A stretch of 64,000 nt of DNA, from positions 6,272,001-6,336,000 of the forward strand of contig CP086569.2 in assembly GCA_009914755.4 (NCBI GenBank). The letters are read 5' to 3'. A model generated the notes under the pieces. The model ran no database searches. It had not been told where the DNA came from and worked only from the letters and a program-made list of their open reading frames with translations. The translations under genes and the position numbers were made by a program. How positions within the stretch are numbered: the stretch's first letter is position 1; the number at the start of each line of letters is the position of its first letter. The stretch comes from the human T2T-CHM13v2.0 reference genome, Homo sapiens. This document shows, in pieces, positions 13,790 through 30,082 of this stretch.

Positions 13790-15600
13790 GGGACATGGAC
13801 TGGCTTCCTCTCCTTGGGTTAACTGCAGCACATTGGAGGTGTGGATAAAAGACTTAGGGTCTTTGCTCCTTTGTTAGTCTGAGGGTAGAAAGATCAGTTC
13901 CACTCCAGAGGCCGTGGCAGAGAAGTTTTCAGTTGTCCCTGGAGGCTCTGTCCAGGAATTTTCTCGGTTGCTACTGGCTCAGTAGCTCTGGTGGGGGTGG
14001 CTGGAGGCCCAGGCATGGAGGACCTCACCAGTGAGGAGACGTGGGACCAAGCACCCACTTAAGTCTGGTCACTTTTCCATTGGACTGCTGCAGTATGCTG
14101 GGGGCTCACTCCAGTCCCTAGTCACCTTAGATTTTCCAATACCTGGAGGTATCACCAGTGAAGGCTGTGTAACAGCAAAGATGGCAGCCTTCTCCTCCAG
14201 ACCTGTTTTTGGCCTGAACACACCTGTAGAAGGTAGCTAGAGACCACGGTTGGGAGTTCCCACCCAGTGAGGAGGAACAGGATTGGCAGACCTGCTTGAA
14301 AAAGCAGCCTGGTCATGTTTTGGTGGAGCAGCTGTGCTATGCTGGGTATCCACTTCAGCCCCCAGTCACCTCAGACACTCCAAAGCCCAAAGGCCGGAAT
14401 AGCTAAGTCACTCAAACAGCAAAGATGGCAGCTCACCCCTCCTCTGGGAGCCCCATCCCTGGAGAGTTTGAAACCTCTGTCAGCCAGAGAACACTGGCGG
14501 GGATAGCTGGAGATCCGGGTTGGGAGGCCCCACTGATGATGAGAAACAGGATTGGGGAACTGCTTAAAAAAGCAATCTGGTCATGTTTTCATAAGGCAGT
14601 TGTGCTGTGCAGGGGGTCCACTTCAGCCCCTAGTCACCTTGTACTCTCCAAAGGCCAGAATAGCTATGTCACTCAAACGGCACAGATGGCAGGCCATCCC
14701 TCCCTCTGGGAGCTCCATTCCAGGGAGGCTTCAAATCTCTGTCAACTGGAGAACACCAGTGGGGGTGGCTAAAGACCCCAGTTGGAAGTCCTGCACACTG
14801 AAAAGGAATGGGAGAGGGGATCTTCTTAAAAAGGCAGTCTGGTGGTATTTTCATAGAGCAGTTGTGATGTGCTGTAGGATTCCTCCTGTTTCTGGTCAGC
14901 TTAGACTCTCCAAAGACCACAGGGTGGAACGGCTGTCTCCCAAACAGCAAAGATGGTGGCCTACCCCTACCCCCAGGAGCTCCATCCCAGTCGCAATATT
15001 ACTATCAGTGGCTGGCTGAAATTCCAAGCCAGAGTTTTATTCTGTGAGGTGCCTTGGTAGTGGGACCTGCGGACAGTCACTGCTCAGCTCCCTGGATTCA
15101 GCCTCTTTCCTAGGGATATGTACAGGTGGTCTAACCTTTCACTTTGCTGGAATTGCAAGTAATTTTTCTGGGAAGCCCAGAAAGCCTGAGTATCTAAGGC
15201 TCCTGGGTCTCCACATGTGCCTGAGCAGATGCTCAGCAAAGACTCCACATAGCTCTGTGTGTCAGACTGAAGGCCCTGGTGGAGTGGGTTCATGAGGGGA
15301 ATCTCCTGACCCAAGGGTTGCAAAGATCTGTGGAAGAAGCGTGGGTTCCTGCAGTCACACTTTCACTCACCACTTCCTTGGGTGGCGGAGGTTACTTGGC
15401 TCCATGTCACTCCTGGGTAGGCCATCATTCTGCTTTGATTTTCTCCATTTTTCGTGGGTCAAGTTGTTTTCTTGATTAGTCCTTATGCACGCTCCTGGAT
15501 GTTTCAGTTGAAAATGCTGTATTTACTCACCCCTTCCTTTTCTCTCCATGAGAGCCATGCACACTAGCTGCTTCTAGTTGGCCATCTTGGCCACCTCCCC
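13790..15600 (-). mobile_element. L1 5'UTR-like fragment on the minus strand, with an internal ~250-bp tandem array at 14030-15000 (about 3.7 units).
   Basis: The right end reads 'ccatcttggccacctcccc', the reverse complement of the canonical L1 5' start GGGGAGG(A)GCCAAGATGG. The interior carries ~250-bp tandem units, each containing 'caaagatggcag(c/g)c...ggtcatgttttc(a/g)t...cagccc(c)tagtcacc'. No ORF1/ORF2 body follows on the minus strand. Confidence 0.45.
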
Positions 15601-16918
15601 AACAGAGAACATTTTGGACAGGGGTGACAAATATGGATTTGATGATGGAATCTTTTAACCTTGATGCGAAGCTACAAGAAGGCTTCAACACCTTCGGTTT
15701 ACAACAGTATTAGACTGTCTCACTTCCATCATTAATTACAAATTATTAATGAGCACCCTACACAGCACAGGATTGGTCAGTCTGTTCAAAGCTTTGATTG
15801 GACACTCCTCAGTTATAGTCAAGCAGATCCTCAGTATCACAATGCATGTTTTTTTTTTATTGTGGAAGTGCATTAAGAACTTGTGTTTGTACAATCTATA
15901 ATTTACAAGCTATAGGAAACTGGGAGCAGAATGAAAAATGTCTGATTTCAACCATCAATGGCAATATGCTATAAAAATCTCTAGGAAGTGTTAAAACACA
16001 GGATTGACATCTGCTCTGTGACATGAACACTCCATATGAACATTTATAAAGTTAAAATTAACTGTGAGAGTTACTCTGCCAACTAGAATTTACAGGTTCA
16101 CATATAACCTACATACTCAATGATACATATTTGGACATGTTAATTTAGTTTTAATTCACTCCATGTTTGTCTTGAAGATCAAGTGAATTTAGGACAGATA
16201 GTATGATTGCTAAGCAGCAGGAAAATTCACTTTATTTCTTTGGTCATAAATTAACTTGAAACCTTTCAGCTTGAGTTTCTTGTTATTTCTTTGTTTGTTT
16301 GTTTTCTTTTTCCAGACCTGTTATTTTTGTTATAGGTACAGACTAAGTAGAGAGTTAGATTAAGTAGAGTTGAGGGTCTTCCAGGTAACTACAATAGAGA
16401 AATAAAAAGTGTGAGCAACAGAGGAACAAACAGGCAAGTGGAATGTACATACAAGGCAGAGATTGCAATGAAAGAACATGAACTCTAAAGTGGGTAATAA
16501 GGGAAAGTAATACAGGCAGAAAACATTGAAAAGTGAAAAGGTGGTAATGTAAATAAGTTTGATTCCAATAGAGTCAAATAATTGTTGGAAAGTGATGCTA
16601 GAGGCTATGACCTACAAAGATGGGATATTGTGACTGGTGAATGGATTTATTGAAATTGAGATTTTGTAAATGTAATTAATGAAAATAATAATGTCTATGA
16701 TCACAGGTGGAGGTGTCACAGGTGGGACAAAGGAAAAGCTCACCGACACTAATGAAGTCAAGAAACTGAGAGAACAGTTTGAGGGATTTTTTTTATTATT
16801 ATTTTAACATTCCTGACAACTGACAAGAGTGGTGTTGGATATAAATTAAGTCAGACATAAAATTCTGAAGGAAGAAATGTAAATAATTAGCCAGTCTATA
16901 AATAAAAAGAGAGACAGT

Positions 16919-17310
16919 GATACGGTTAGCCCATGTGTCTTCACCCAAATCTCATCTTGAATTGTAATCCCCAGATGTTGAGGAAGGACCCTGGTGGGAG
17001 GTGATTGGATCATGGAGGTGGTTTCTCCCATGCTGTTCTCATGGTAGTGAGTACTCACAAGATCTGATGGCTTTATTAGTGTTTGGCAAGTTCCTCCTTC
17101 ACTCACTCTTCTCTCTTCTGCCGACTTAAGAAGAAGGTGCTTGCTTCCCCTTCCACCATGATTGTAAGTTTCCTGATGCCTCCCCAGCCATGCAGAACTG
17201 TGAATCAATTAAACCCCTTTTCTTTATATATTACCCAGTTTTGGGTAGTATCTTTATAGCAGTGTGAGAACAGACTAATATCTTTACAGCAGTGTGAGAA
17301 CAGACTAATA
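16919..17310 (+). mobile_element. MaLR LTR (THE1/MST family) with a 30-bp tandem duplication at its 3' end (17251-17310).
   Basis: 'tgatacggttagcccatgtgtcttcacccaaatctcatcttgaattgtaatcccc...ggaggtgattggatcatggagg...ccatgattgtaagtttcctgatgcctccccagccatgcagaactgtgaatcaattaaacccc...cagtgtgagaacagactaata' matches the THE1/MST consensus architecture. 'tctttatagcagtgtgagaacagactaata' occurs twice in tandem. Confidence 0.65.
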
Positions 17311-17422
17311 CAAATGTTATACTAACACCATATATAATATATAGTATAGTATTGCATGCAATTCAAAGGATATTTTTTCTTTTTGTAAATTAGAAGGGAA
17401 GAATAATGGTCCAGAATTGGCA

Positions 17423-17447
17423 AAAAAAAAAAAAAAAAAAAAAAAAC
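17423..17447. repeat. Poly(A) run of about 25 bp.
   Basis: Direct reading. Confidence 0.95.
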
Positions 17448-19989
17448 TAAGACAATATATTCTCAGGCCCACTAGTTCATAGAATGTGAGATAATAGAAT
17501 CTCTTTCACTCATCTTAGCTCCTGGGGGAAACACTGTCCTCTGGAGACATCCAGAAAATTTAAGAAGGTAAAGGATACATCCAGGAAAACATTGAAACAT
17601 TTTTCCATTAGAGAGCACAGTGAGAGGATTTAAGGCATTTAGAATAGATTGAACATGGGTACATATTATAGTATATACACTGCCATGAGAAGATAAAAAT
17701 CGATCCACTTTATGATAGAGAATTTTGGAGTCTTGGCCCCCTTGTGATCATCAAAGTAAGCAAGGACAAGAGTCATAAAGATAATTTTCTCTATTGTCAT
17801 TTACATGGAGGTGAATAATTATTCTAATTATTAGTATAATTTTAGGGTCTCTCCATGAGTAGGAACTCTCTGAGTTTGCCCATATATTTTCTAATAGGTT
17901 GATGTGATGTTCATCCTAGGGAAAGACTACATTACAAAAAGCAAGTGGATGTCTATGCTAGCTGCCTAAATCATGTTGAAAATGATGTCAATGCTCAGAG
18001 ACAGGCAGTCCTACTAAGACTATAAGAAATTCTGCCAACTGTGAACTTTAAACTCTTTTGAGGTGAATAACTAACCAACAGCCAACAAAATTCTTATCTG
18101 AGAAACAGTGAAAATAAATGTTATATTTAGGAAAAAGACAAGGATGCTTTCTACTATCCCAATTTTAAATATTTGTCAGGAAATTTTACTTAATATATTT
18201 TATATATTTTATAATTTGCAACATTATATAAATTATATATCATATATATATCATGTATGATCATATATATATGATGTTGCTGAAATGGGAAAAGTTCCCT
18301 TGTCCCTCTTGCAGGGTGTGAAATGGGGATGTGGCTTGCTTCTTCAGTGCTCTATTGCTCAAACCTTTAGGGGAGCATACAGATGGGCAGGGAGACCCAT
18401 GGCAGTGTCCAGGGGTGAATGTTTACAGCTGAAGCCCAGTGACCATGTGTTACTGGGTGCTCTTTTAGTTTAGCCCTGCATAGGTGGCTGTGTTAGCTCA
18501 ATTAGACCCCTGCTTTATCGCAAGCACAGAGGGCTTTCTGTATCCCAGGGTTCTTGCCTTGGAGTACGGGAAGAATTGGATCACACATGGGCTTGGAGAA
18601 TGAGTCCAAGGTTTTATTGAATGGAAGTAGCTCTCAGCAGTGGGGGAGCCAGAAGGGAGAAGATTTTCCCCTAGAGTTGGGCCACTTGGAGGCCTGGACT
18701 CTCCTCCAACTGCCCCAACCAAACTCTGTGTCATTCTGCTGGTCGGTGGCCTGCCAGCATGTTCGGTGTGTTCCTCTCGACATCCAACCATCCGTGTGTT
18801 CCTCTGCTGATGTGCTCCTCTCGATGTCCAGCCACCTGTGTGTCTGCTTGCTAGCATCTTGGGGTTTTTACAGGCACAGGATGGGGCCATGGCAGGCCAG
18901 GGTAGTCTTGGGAAATGCAACATTTGGGCAGGAAAACAAAAATGCCTGTCCTCATGTAGGTCTGTGGCCACAGGCCTGGGTGTGGAGTCCTAGCCAGGGA
19001 CCACAACCTTACCCCCTTCCGTATAATTTAAAGGGATCATGTCCTTCCTTTCCCAGAATTTCCCTTCCATATCATTGTTAATGACATGTTTGGATACTTC
19101 AGAAATCTAAGATAGATCATCTAAGACACATAAGAGCTTAGAATTTGTCACTTTCATTCTTTTAACAAGGAAAAGCTGGAAAAACTGAAAATCAGTTGAC
19201 ACTTTTTGGACTCATCAGAGAAGTGAAGTTACTGGATTTCCTTGAAATATTTAGAAACAGTTATTTTAAGAAGGACAAAACACATGAGCAATTTCTTATC
19301 TGGAGCAGACACTGCCAGACACCCTAGAAGGCAGTAAGAACGTTAAACTAGAAATTCTGATGAACTTATGGTGCCCAAATGTGGGCTAGCTTCTGGAGGC
19401 TGCAATCACAGGAATACCCCTCATTTCTGTAGGCTTTCCTCCAGAAGCTCCACCAGGCTTTCATAGAGTGGATTTAGAAAAATCCTAAGAGTGCTCCCTT
19501 TGTGACTCTGCCAAGGGAAGGGAAGGAATTAGGAGGCAGGGTGAAAAAGAGTCTACCCCTAAAGAAAAAAAAGAAACACGAATTACAAAAGTCACAGCTC
19601 TGAAACACAGCTTACTATGCATTCCAAAACTTGAGAATAAAACATAAAACCTAGAGAATGCCTTATATCCTTCTTTCCTATATGATCACTATACTAGTAA
19701 TGCCTCCAATAATGGTTACAGTGGATTACAACTGAAAGAGCTAAAAGAAAAAATAAATAAATAAAACTTTCTAAGAAGCAGAATAGAGAAGCCCAAAATT
19801 CAACAGGAGAGAAAAAAAACATGATTACTAGAGAAATATGAATCTTCCAGTGTCCATAGCTACAACAAACATCAAACATAACACAACTCTTGGCCAGATA
19901 ACATGTATACCAAACATCTATTAACATATATGATATGTTCATCATTCAACAAAAAGTTCTAAGACATGCCCAAAAGGCAAGAAGCAAAC

Positions 19990-20520
19990 AAATAAACAAC
20001 ACACAGTCAGAAGACAAAGTATTAATGAGACACAGACTCACTTATGACATGAATGTTGGAATTGTCAGAGAGGAAATTTAAAAATGATTATGATTACCTT
20101 GTCAAAATCTCTAATGAAAAAGGTACAGGACAGGCAAAACCAGAAGGGTCACATAAGAGGAGAGATGCAAATTGTAAGAATAAAAAGAAAAGGTTATAAA
20201 TTATTTTTAAAAAATATGGCAACAAAAATGAAGAATGCTCTCCATAGTTCATCAGTATACCCAACACAACTAAATAAAAAGTCAGTAAATTTGAAGACAG
20301 GTAAATAGAAATTTTTCAAACTGAAATTGAATAAAGTGACAAAAATAGAAGAGAACATTCGAGAACTGTGGGAAAATATCTGCAAAACTGTAATACTAGA
20401 AGAAAAAGGCAAAATGAAACAAAATAAAAATTTGAAGAAATAGTAGTTGAAAAATGTTAAGTTAGTGACAGTCACCAATACATGGATCTAAGAAGCTTAG
20501 AGAACCCTAAGAAAAGATAA
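19990..20520 (+). mobile_element. Ancient L1 (L1M-like) ORF1-type fragment.
   Basis: ORF 20084-20308 (MIMITLSKSLMKKVQDRQNQKGHIRGEMQIVRIKRK...) resembles diverged L1M ORF1, in A-rich flanking sequence. Confidence 0.3.
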
Positions 20521-21012
20521 CACACTGTATTAGTCAGGATTCTCCGAAAAAATATAAACAATAGAACCAATAGGCTCTATTTTTGTCTCTCCATAGAGAG
20601 AGAGATACAGAAGTTTATTTTAAGAAGTTGGCTCACATGATTATGGGAGCAGGCAAATCCAAAAGCTGCAGGATGGATTGGCAGGTTGGAGACCCAAAGA
20701 AGAGCAAATAATGTAGTTCAAGTCTGAAGGCCATCAGAATAAAGTTTCAGGAAGGAACCAACATTGCAGTTCAAATCCAAAGGATATCTACTGGCAGAAT
20801 TACTCTTTGCTTGGGGGAAGTCAGTACTTTTGTTCTATTCAGTTCTTAACTGAGTGGATGAGACCCACCCAACTTACAGAGGAAAATCTCTTTTGCTCAA
20901 AGTTGACTAATTTATATGCTAATCTCATGGAAAACAATCTTCATAAAAATATCTGGAATAATGTGTGAACAAATATTTGGGCACAATGAGGCATCCAAAT
21001 TGACACTTAAAA
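20521..21012 (-). mobile_element. ERVL-MaLR-class LTR of the 'tattagtcagg.ttctcc...ggctcacatgattatgg...caaattgacacttaaaattaat' family.
   Basis: A highly recurrent human LTR repeat recognised from memory. Orientation was inferred by analogy with THE1 and the exact family name is not assigned. Confidence 0.4.
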
Positions 21013-21721
21013 TTAATTATCACACATAACAAAACATAGATAAGAATTGCCAAAGACATCTTATCAGATATTATGTCAACAGGAAAATAATGGCATACAA
21101 TATTTAAAATTTTAAAAGAAAAATTCTGCCAATCAAAAATTCTATACTCAGCAAAACATGTACTTTAAGATTGAAAAAAAATCCTTTCTCAAAAAAAAAA
21201 TTATTACTAGTAGACTAGCCCTACAAAAATTGTTAAAGGAAGTTCTTCACAGAAAGAAACTTATATAGGTCAGAAAAATTGAGAATATACAAAAAAAAGA
21301 AGAGTGGAGCACAACAAATAAATAAAGGTAAAATATCTTTTATGTTTTTCTTAATTTCCCAAAAGATAATTGACACTTTAAAACAATAATAATAACAATG
21401 TATGAAGTATTTATAGCATATGTTTAAATAAAATGAATGACTGTGTCAGAAGAGATGAGAGAGGAATTAAGAATACCATAAATTACCTGCACTATATCTG
21501 AATGAAATAGTATTATTTAAAGAGGAACTTAGATTGTTTAAAAATGTATATAGTAAACCCTCAGGCAACCACTAAAATAATGAAAAGGAAGTATAAGTGA
21601 TATGTCAGTATGGAAGACAAATGGCATCATAATAAATGTTCAATAAATAGCAGAGAGAGCCACAGAAGGAAACATTTAAAAGAAAGAGCAAATGCAATTA
21701 ATACAAAGCATAAAGATAATA

Positions 21722-22022
<301 letters not shown>

Positions 22023-22110
22023 GAAACAGATAGTATATATAGTTTCTTCCAAATATATTTGGAATCACTTTATACCTGAATAGTCTAAATACACCAGTCA
22101 AAATCAGAAA

Positions 22111-22449
22111 TTGGTTTTCTGTTCCTGTGTTAATTCACTTAGGATTATGGCCTCCAGTTCTATCCATGTTGTTGCAAAGGACATGCTTTTATTTTTTTCC
22201 TATAGTTGTGTAGTATTTCATGGCGTATGTGTAACACATTTTCTCAATTATAAATAGTAGCTAAATATTGAGCACACAAGGACTCAAACAAGGGAACAAC
22301 AGACACTGTGGACTACTAGATGGGGGAGATGGAAAGAAGGAGGTGGGTTGAAAAACTACCTATTGGGTAATATGTCAGTACCGGGGTGCAATATAACCAT
22401 GTAAAAAATCTGCACATGTACGTTCTGTATCTAAAAAAAAAGTTGAATT
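22111..22449 (+). mobile_element. 5'-truncated L1 3'-end fragment with a 5' inversion: inverted segment 22111-22238, sense segment plus poly(A) 22239-22449.
   Basis: 22111-22238 is the reverse complement of L1 ~5600-5760 ('ttggttttctgttcctgtgttaattcacttaggattatggcctccagttctatccatgttgttgcaaaggacatg...'). It is followed directly by sense L1 ~5770-3' end ('gagcacacaaggactcaaacaagggaacaacagacactgtggactactagatggggg...atctgcacatgtacgttctgtatctaaaaaaaaa'). Confidence 0.6.
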
Positions 22450-22861
22450 TAAAAAAAAAGAAATTGGGAAGTATGATCAACTGATAAACACCAATGTAGG
22501 GAAAGATGTAGACTTAAGAACACTCTTACACAATACTTATTAGAGTTTTAATTGGTATGATCACTTTTGGGAGCCATTTGGTAATATCTCGTGAGATTAA
22601 AAATGTGCATATTTCATGACCAGACAATTCCAACCCTCAATGTCTATATCAGATATGTTCTATTTTATATATGCCAGGAAACATATGAAAAAAAGTATTT
22701 ACTTTAGCGCTTGTTGATATCAGCAAATAAAGCGTAAATAAATTAACTTTCTGCCAATAGGAAAATGGGTGACTTAGAGATAGCTTATTTTTATAAGAAA
22801 ATAGTATATAATATTAGAAATGAATTCAGTTGATTTACTTGTATCAAGAGGGATAAATATA

Positions 22862-22875
22862 GAAAAGATAATGTT
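22862..22875. repeat. 5' target-site duplication of the young L1 (gaaaagataatgtt).
   Basis: An identical 14-mer recurs at 28906-28919, immediately after the L1 A-rich tail. Confidence 0.85.
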
Positions 22876-23780
22876 GAGGAGGAGCCAAGATGGCTAACAG
22901 GAACAGCTCCGGTCTACAGCTCCCAGTGAGAGCGACGCAGAAGACAGGTGATTTCTACATTTCCATCTGAAGTACCAGGTTCATCTCACCATGGAGTGCC
23001 AGACAGTGGGTGCAGGTCAGTGGGTGTGTGCACCGTGCATGAGCCAAAGCGGGGCAAGGCATTGCCTCACTCGGGAAGTGCAAGGGGTCAGGGAGTTCCC
23101 TTTCCTAGTCAAAGAAAGGGGTGTCAGACGGCACCTGGAAAATCGGGTCAGTCCCACCTGAATACTGCACTTTTCTGACGGGCTTAAAAAACGGTGCACC
23201 AGGAGATTATATCCCACACCTGGCTCAGAGGGTCCTATGCCCACAGAGTCTTGCTGATTGCTAGCACAGCAGTCTGAGATCAAACTGCAAGGTGGCAGCA
23301 AGGCTGGGGGAGGGGCGCCCACCATTGCCCAGGCTTGCTTAGGTAAACAAAGCAGAGGGGAAGCTTGAACTGGGTGGAGCCCACCACAGCTCAAGGAGGC
23401 CTGCCTGCCTCTGTAGGCTCCACCTCTGGGGGCAGGGCACAGACAAACAAAAAGACAGCAGTAACCTCTGCAGACTTAAATGTCCCTGTCTGACAGCTTT
23501 GAAGAGAGCAGTGGTTCTTCCAGCACACAGCTGGAGATCTGAGAATGGGCAGACTGCCTCCTCAAGTGGGTCCCTGACCCCTGACCCCCAAGCAGCCTAA
23601 CTGGAAGGCACCCCCAAGCAGGGGCAGACTGACACCTCACAGGGCTGGGTACTCCAACAGACCTGCAGCTAAGGGTCCTGTCTGTTAGAAGGAAAACTAA
23701 CAAACAGAAAGGACATCCACACCAAAAACCCATCTGTACATCACCATCATCAAAGACCAAAAGTAGATAAAACCACAAAG

Positions 23781-24797
23781 ATGGGGAAAAAACAGAACAG
23801 AAAAACTGGAAACTCTAAAAAGCAGAGCACCTATCCTCCAAAGGAATGCAGTTCCTCACCAGCAACAGAACAAAGCTGGACAGAGAATGACTTTGACGAG
23901 CTGAGAGAAGAAGGCTTCAGACGATCAAATTACTCCGAGCTATGGGATGACATTCAAACCAAAGACAAAGAAGTTGAAAACTTTGAAAAAAAATTTAGAA
24001 GAATGTATAACTAGAGTAACCAATACAGAGAAGTGCTTATAGAGCTGATGGAGCTGAAAACCAAGGCTTGAGAACTACGTGAAGAATACAGAAGCCTCAG
24101 GAGCTGATGCGATCAACTGGAATAAAGGGTATCAGTGATGGAAGATGAAATGAATGAAATGAAGTGAGAAGGGAAGTTTAGAGAAAAAAGAATAAAAAGA
24201 AATGAGCAAAGCCTCCAAGAAATATGGGACTATGTGAAAAGACCAAATCTACGTCTGATTGGTGTGCCTGAAAGTGACGGGGAGAATGGAACCAAGTTGG
24301 AAAACATTCTGCAGGATATTATCCAGGAGAACTTCCCCAATCTAGCAAGGCAGGCCAACATTCAGATTCAGGAGATACAGAGAATGCCACAAAGATACTC
24401 CTCGAGAAGAGCAACTCCAAGACACATAATTGTCAGATTCACCAAAGTTGAAATGAAAGAAAAAATGTTAAGGGCAGCCAGAGAGAAAGGTCAGGTTACC
24501 CTCAAAGGGAAGCACATAAGACTAACAGCAGATCTCTCAGCAGAAACTCTACAAGCCAGAAGAGACTGGGAACCAATATTCAACATTCTTAAAGAAAAGA
24601 ATTTTCAACCCAGAATTTCATATCCAGCCAAACTAAGCTTCATAAATGAAGGAGAAATAAAATACTTTATAGACAAGCAAATGTTGAGAGATTTTGTCAC
24701 CACCAGGCCTGCCCAAAAAGAGCTCCTGAAGGAAGTGCTAAACATGGAAAGGAACAACCGGTACCAGCCACTGCAAAATCATGCCAAAATGTAAAGA
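23781..24797 (+). pseudogene. L1 ORF1p remnant, split into 23781-24014 and 24234-24794 by a frameshift and multiple stops in between.
   Basis: The N-terminal 77 aa match ORF1p and then hit a stop ('...EKKFRRMYN*', where the consensus reads EKNLEECITRITN). The C-terminal 186 aa (MKRPNLRLIGVPESDGENGTKLEN...NRYQPLQNHAKM*) are in a different frame. Confidence 0.9.
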
Positions 24798-24857
24798 CCA
24801 TCGAGACTAGGAAGAAACTGCATCAACTAACAAGCAAAATAACCAGCTAATATCATA

Positions 24858-28660
<3,803 letters not shown>

Positions 28661-28905
28661 GTGGGAATTGAACAATGAGAACACTTGGACACAGGGAGGG
28701 GAACATCACACAATGGGGCCTGTTGTGGGGTGGGGGGAGGGGGGAGGGATAGCATTAGGAGATATACCTAATGCTAGATGACGAGTTAGTGGGTGCAGCG
28801 CACCAGCATGGCCCATGTATACATATGTAACTAACCTGCACATTGTGCACATGTACCCTAAAACTTAAAGTATAATAATAATAAATAAAGAAAAAGAAAA
28901 CAAAA

Positions 28906-28919
28906 GAAAAGATAATGTT
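28906..28919. repeat. 3' target-site duplication of the young L1 (gaaaagataatgtt).
   Basis: Matches 22862-22875 exactly. Confidence 0.85.
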
Positions 28920-30080
28920 AAGTAAAAATCAAACCTTCAAAAGGGTACTTAGAGTAGGAAGCAACATATATAAATTAAAACACACAAATTAATAGAATAT
29001 TTGTTTATGGGGACATACATATGTAGTAAAGACAAAATGCACATTTGTTAGTTCAATGGCATAAAAAAATCATAAATTGTAGATTAGATTAAGAAACAAA
29101 AAACAGTATCAAGAAAACAAAACAAAAATATGATACCTAATTATATGCTGTGTAGAGCAAACCCAATTTAAATATAAAGACTTTTAGAAGTTAAATAAAA
29201 TGATGAAGAAAGATATATCATGCAAACACAAAGCATAAAAAGAAGCTGAATTACCTCTATTAATTTCAGACAAAGCAATCTTCAGAACAAAAAAGAGTAT
29301 CAGGAGTAAAAGAAACATTAAATAATGAAAAAAGGATCAATTCTCAAAGCAGACATAATCATAAAATGGTGTGTACCTAACAAAACAGCATCAAAATATA
29401 TGCAAAAATTTATAGAACTGAAAGGAGAAATAGACAAATATCCTATTATAGTTGCATAGTTTGACACTCCCTTGTCAGTAAATGATAAATAGAGCAGGCA
29501 GAAAATGATAAGGCTAAAGATAAACTGAACAACACTATCAACAAATTGGCATTATAGAATATTCTGTACAGCATCATAAGAATACACGTTCTTCTCATGT
29601 GCAGATGGAACACTCATCAGGATGGAACACTCATGAAGATACATCACAGTATAGGCCATAAAATAAACATTTGCAGGTTGAAAATGCTAGAAATTATGTA
29701 AAGTACGTTCTCAGAGGGTAACAGATTTACTGTAGAAATCAGTAACTGAAATATGGCCATAAAACCTGAACTATTTATAAAATAGAGAATATAGCTCTAA
29801 ATAACACTTACGGTTAAAAAAATACCAACATATCTTATGAACACAGAGTATATACAAAAATCCTTTAAAGTATTAGCAAATCAAAAATGGTAAGATATAA
29901 AAAGAGTAATTCACCACAACTTATTCATTATAGGAATGCAAGTATGGTTTTACATTCATAAATCAATCAATGTAATTTATCTTGTTAGCAGGCTAAATAT
30001 CAGAAATCATATCAATAGATACATTAAATACATTTTACAAAATTTAATATCCCTTTACGATTAAAAACTCAAAAATCAGG
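28920..30080 (+). mobile_element. Ancient L1 (L1M-like) EN/RT-region fragment. It is probably the host element into which the young L1 inserted and may be continuous with sequence left of 22862.
   Basis: Degenerate similarity to the L1 ORF2 EN and RT motifs ('...atttatagaactgaaaggagaaatagacaaatatcctattatagttg...caggaatgcaagtatggttttacattcataaatcaatcaatgtaatttatc'), A-rich and heavily mutated. Confidence 0.35.
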
Positions 30081-30082
30081 AA

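Noticed and set aside
14425-15019. ORFs of 115 and 155 aa on the plus strand and 93 aa on the minus strand.
   Set aside because: They lie entirely inside the ~250-bp tandem array and repeat the same peptide motifs. They are artefacts of a tandem repeat in a non-coding L1 5'UTR-like block.
17311-17447. The A(25) run as the tail of a processed pseudogene or SVA-type retroposon.
   Set aside because: The ~110 bp upstream has no recognisable mRNA, Alu or SVA similarity. I recorded it only as a simple poly(A) repeat.
18498-19081. Overlapping 157-aa (minus) and 175-aa (plus) ORFs in non-repeat sequence, the best candidate for a gene.
   Set aside because: They are mutually overlapping antisense frames with no start-site context, no domain and no splice-site logic, and the sequence contains internal short repeats. 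I kept this only as a low-interest finding for a conservation check.
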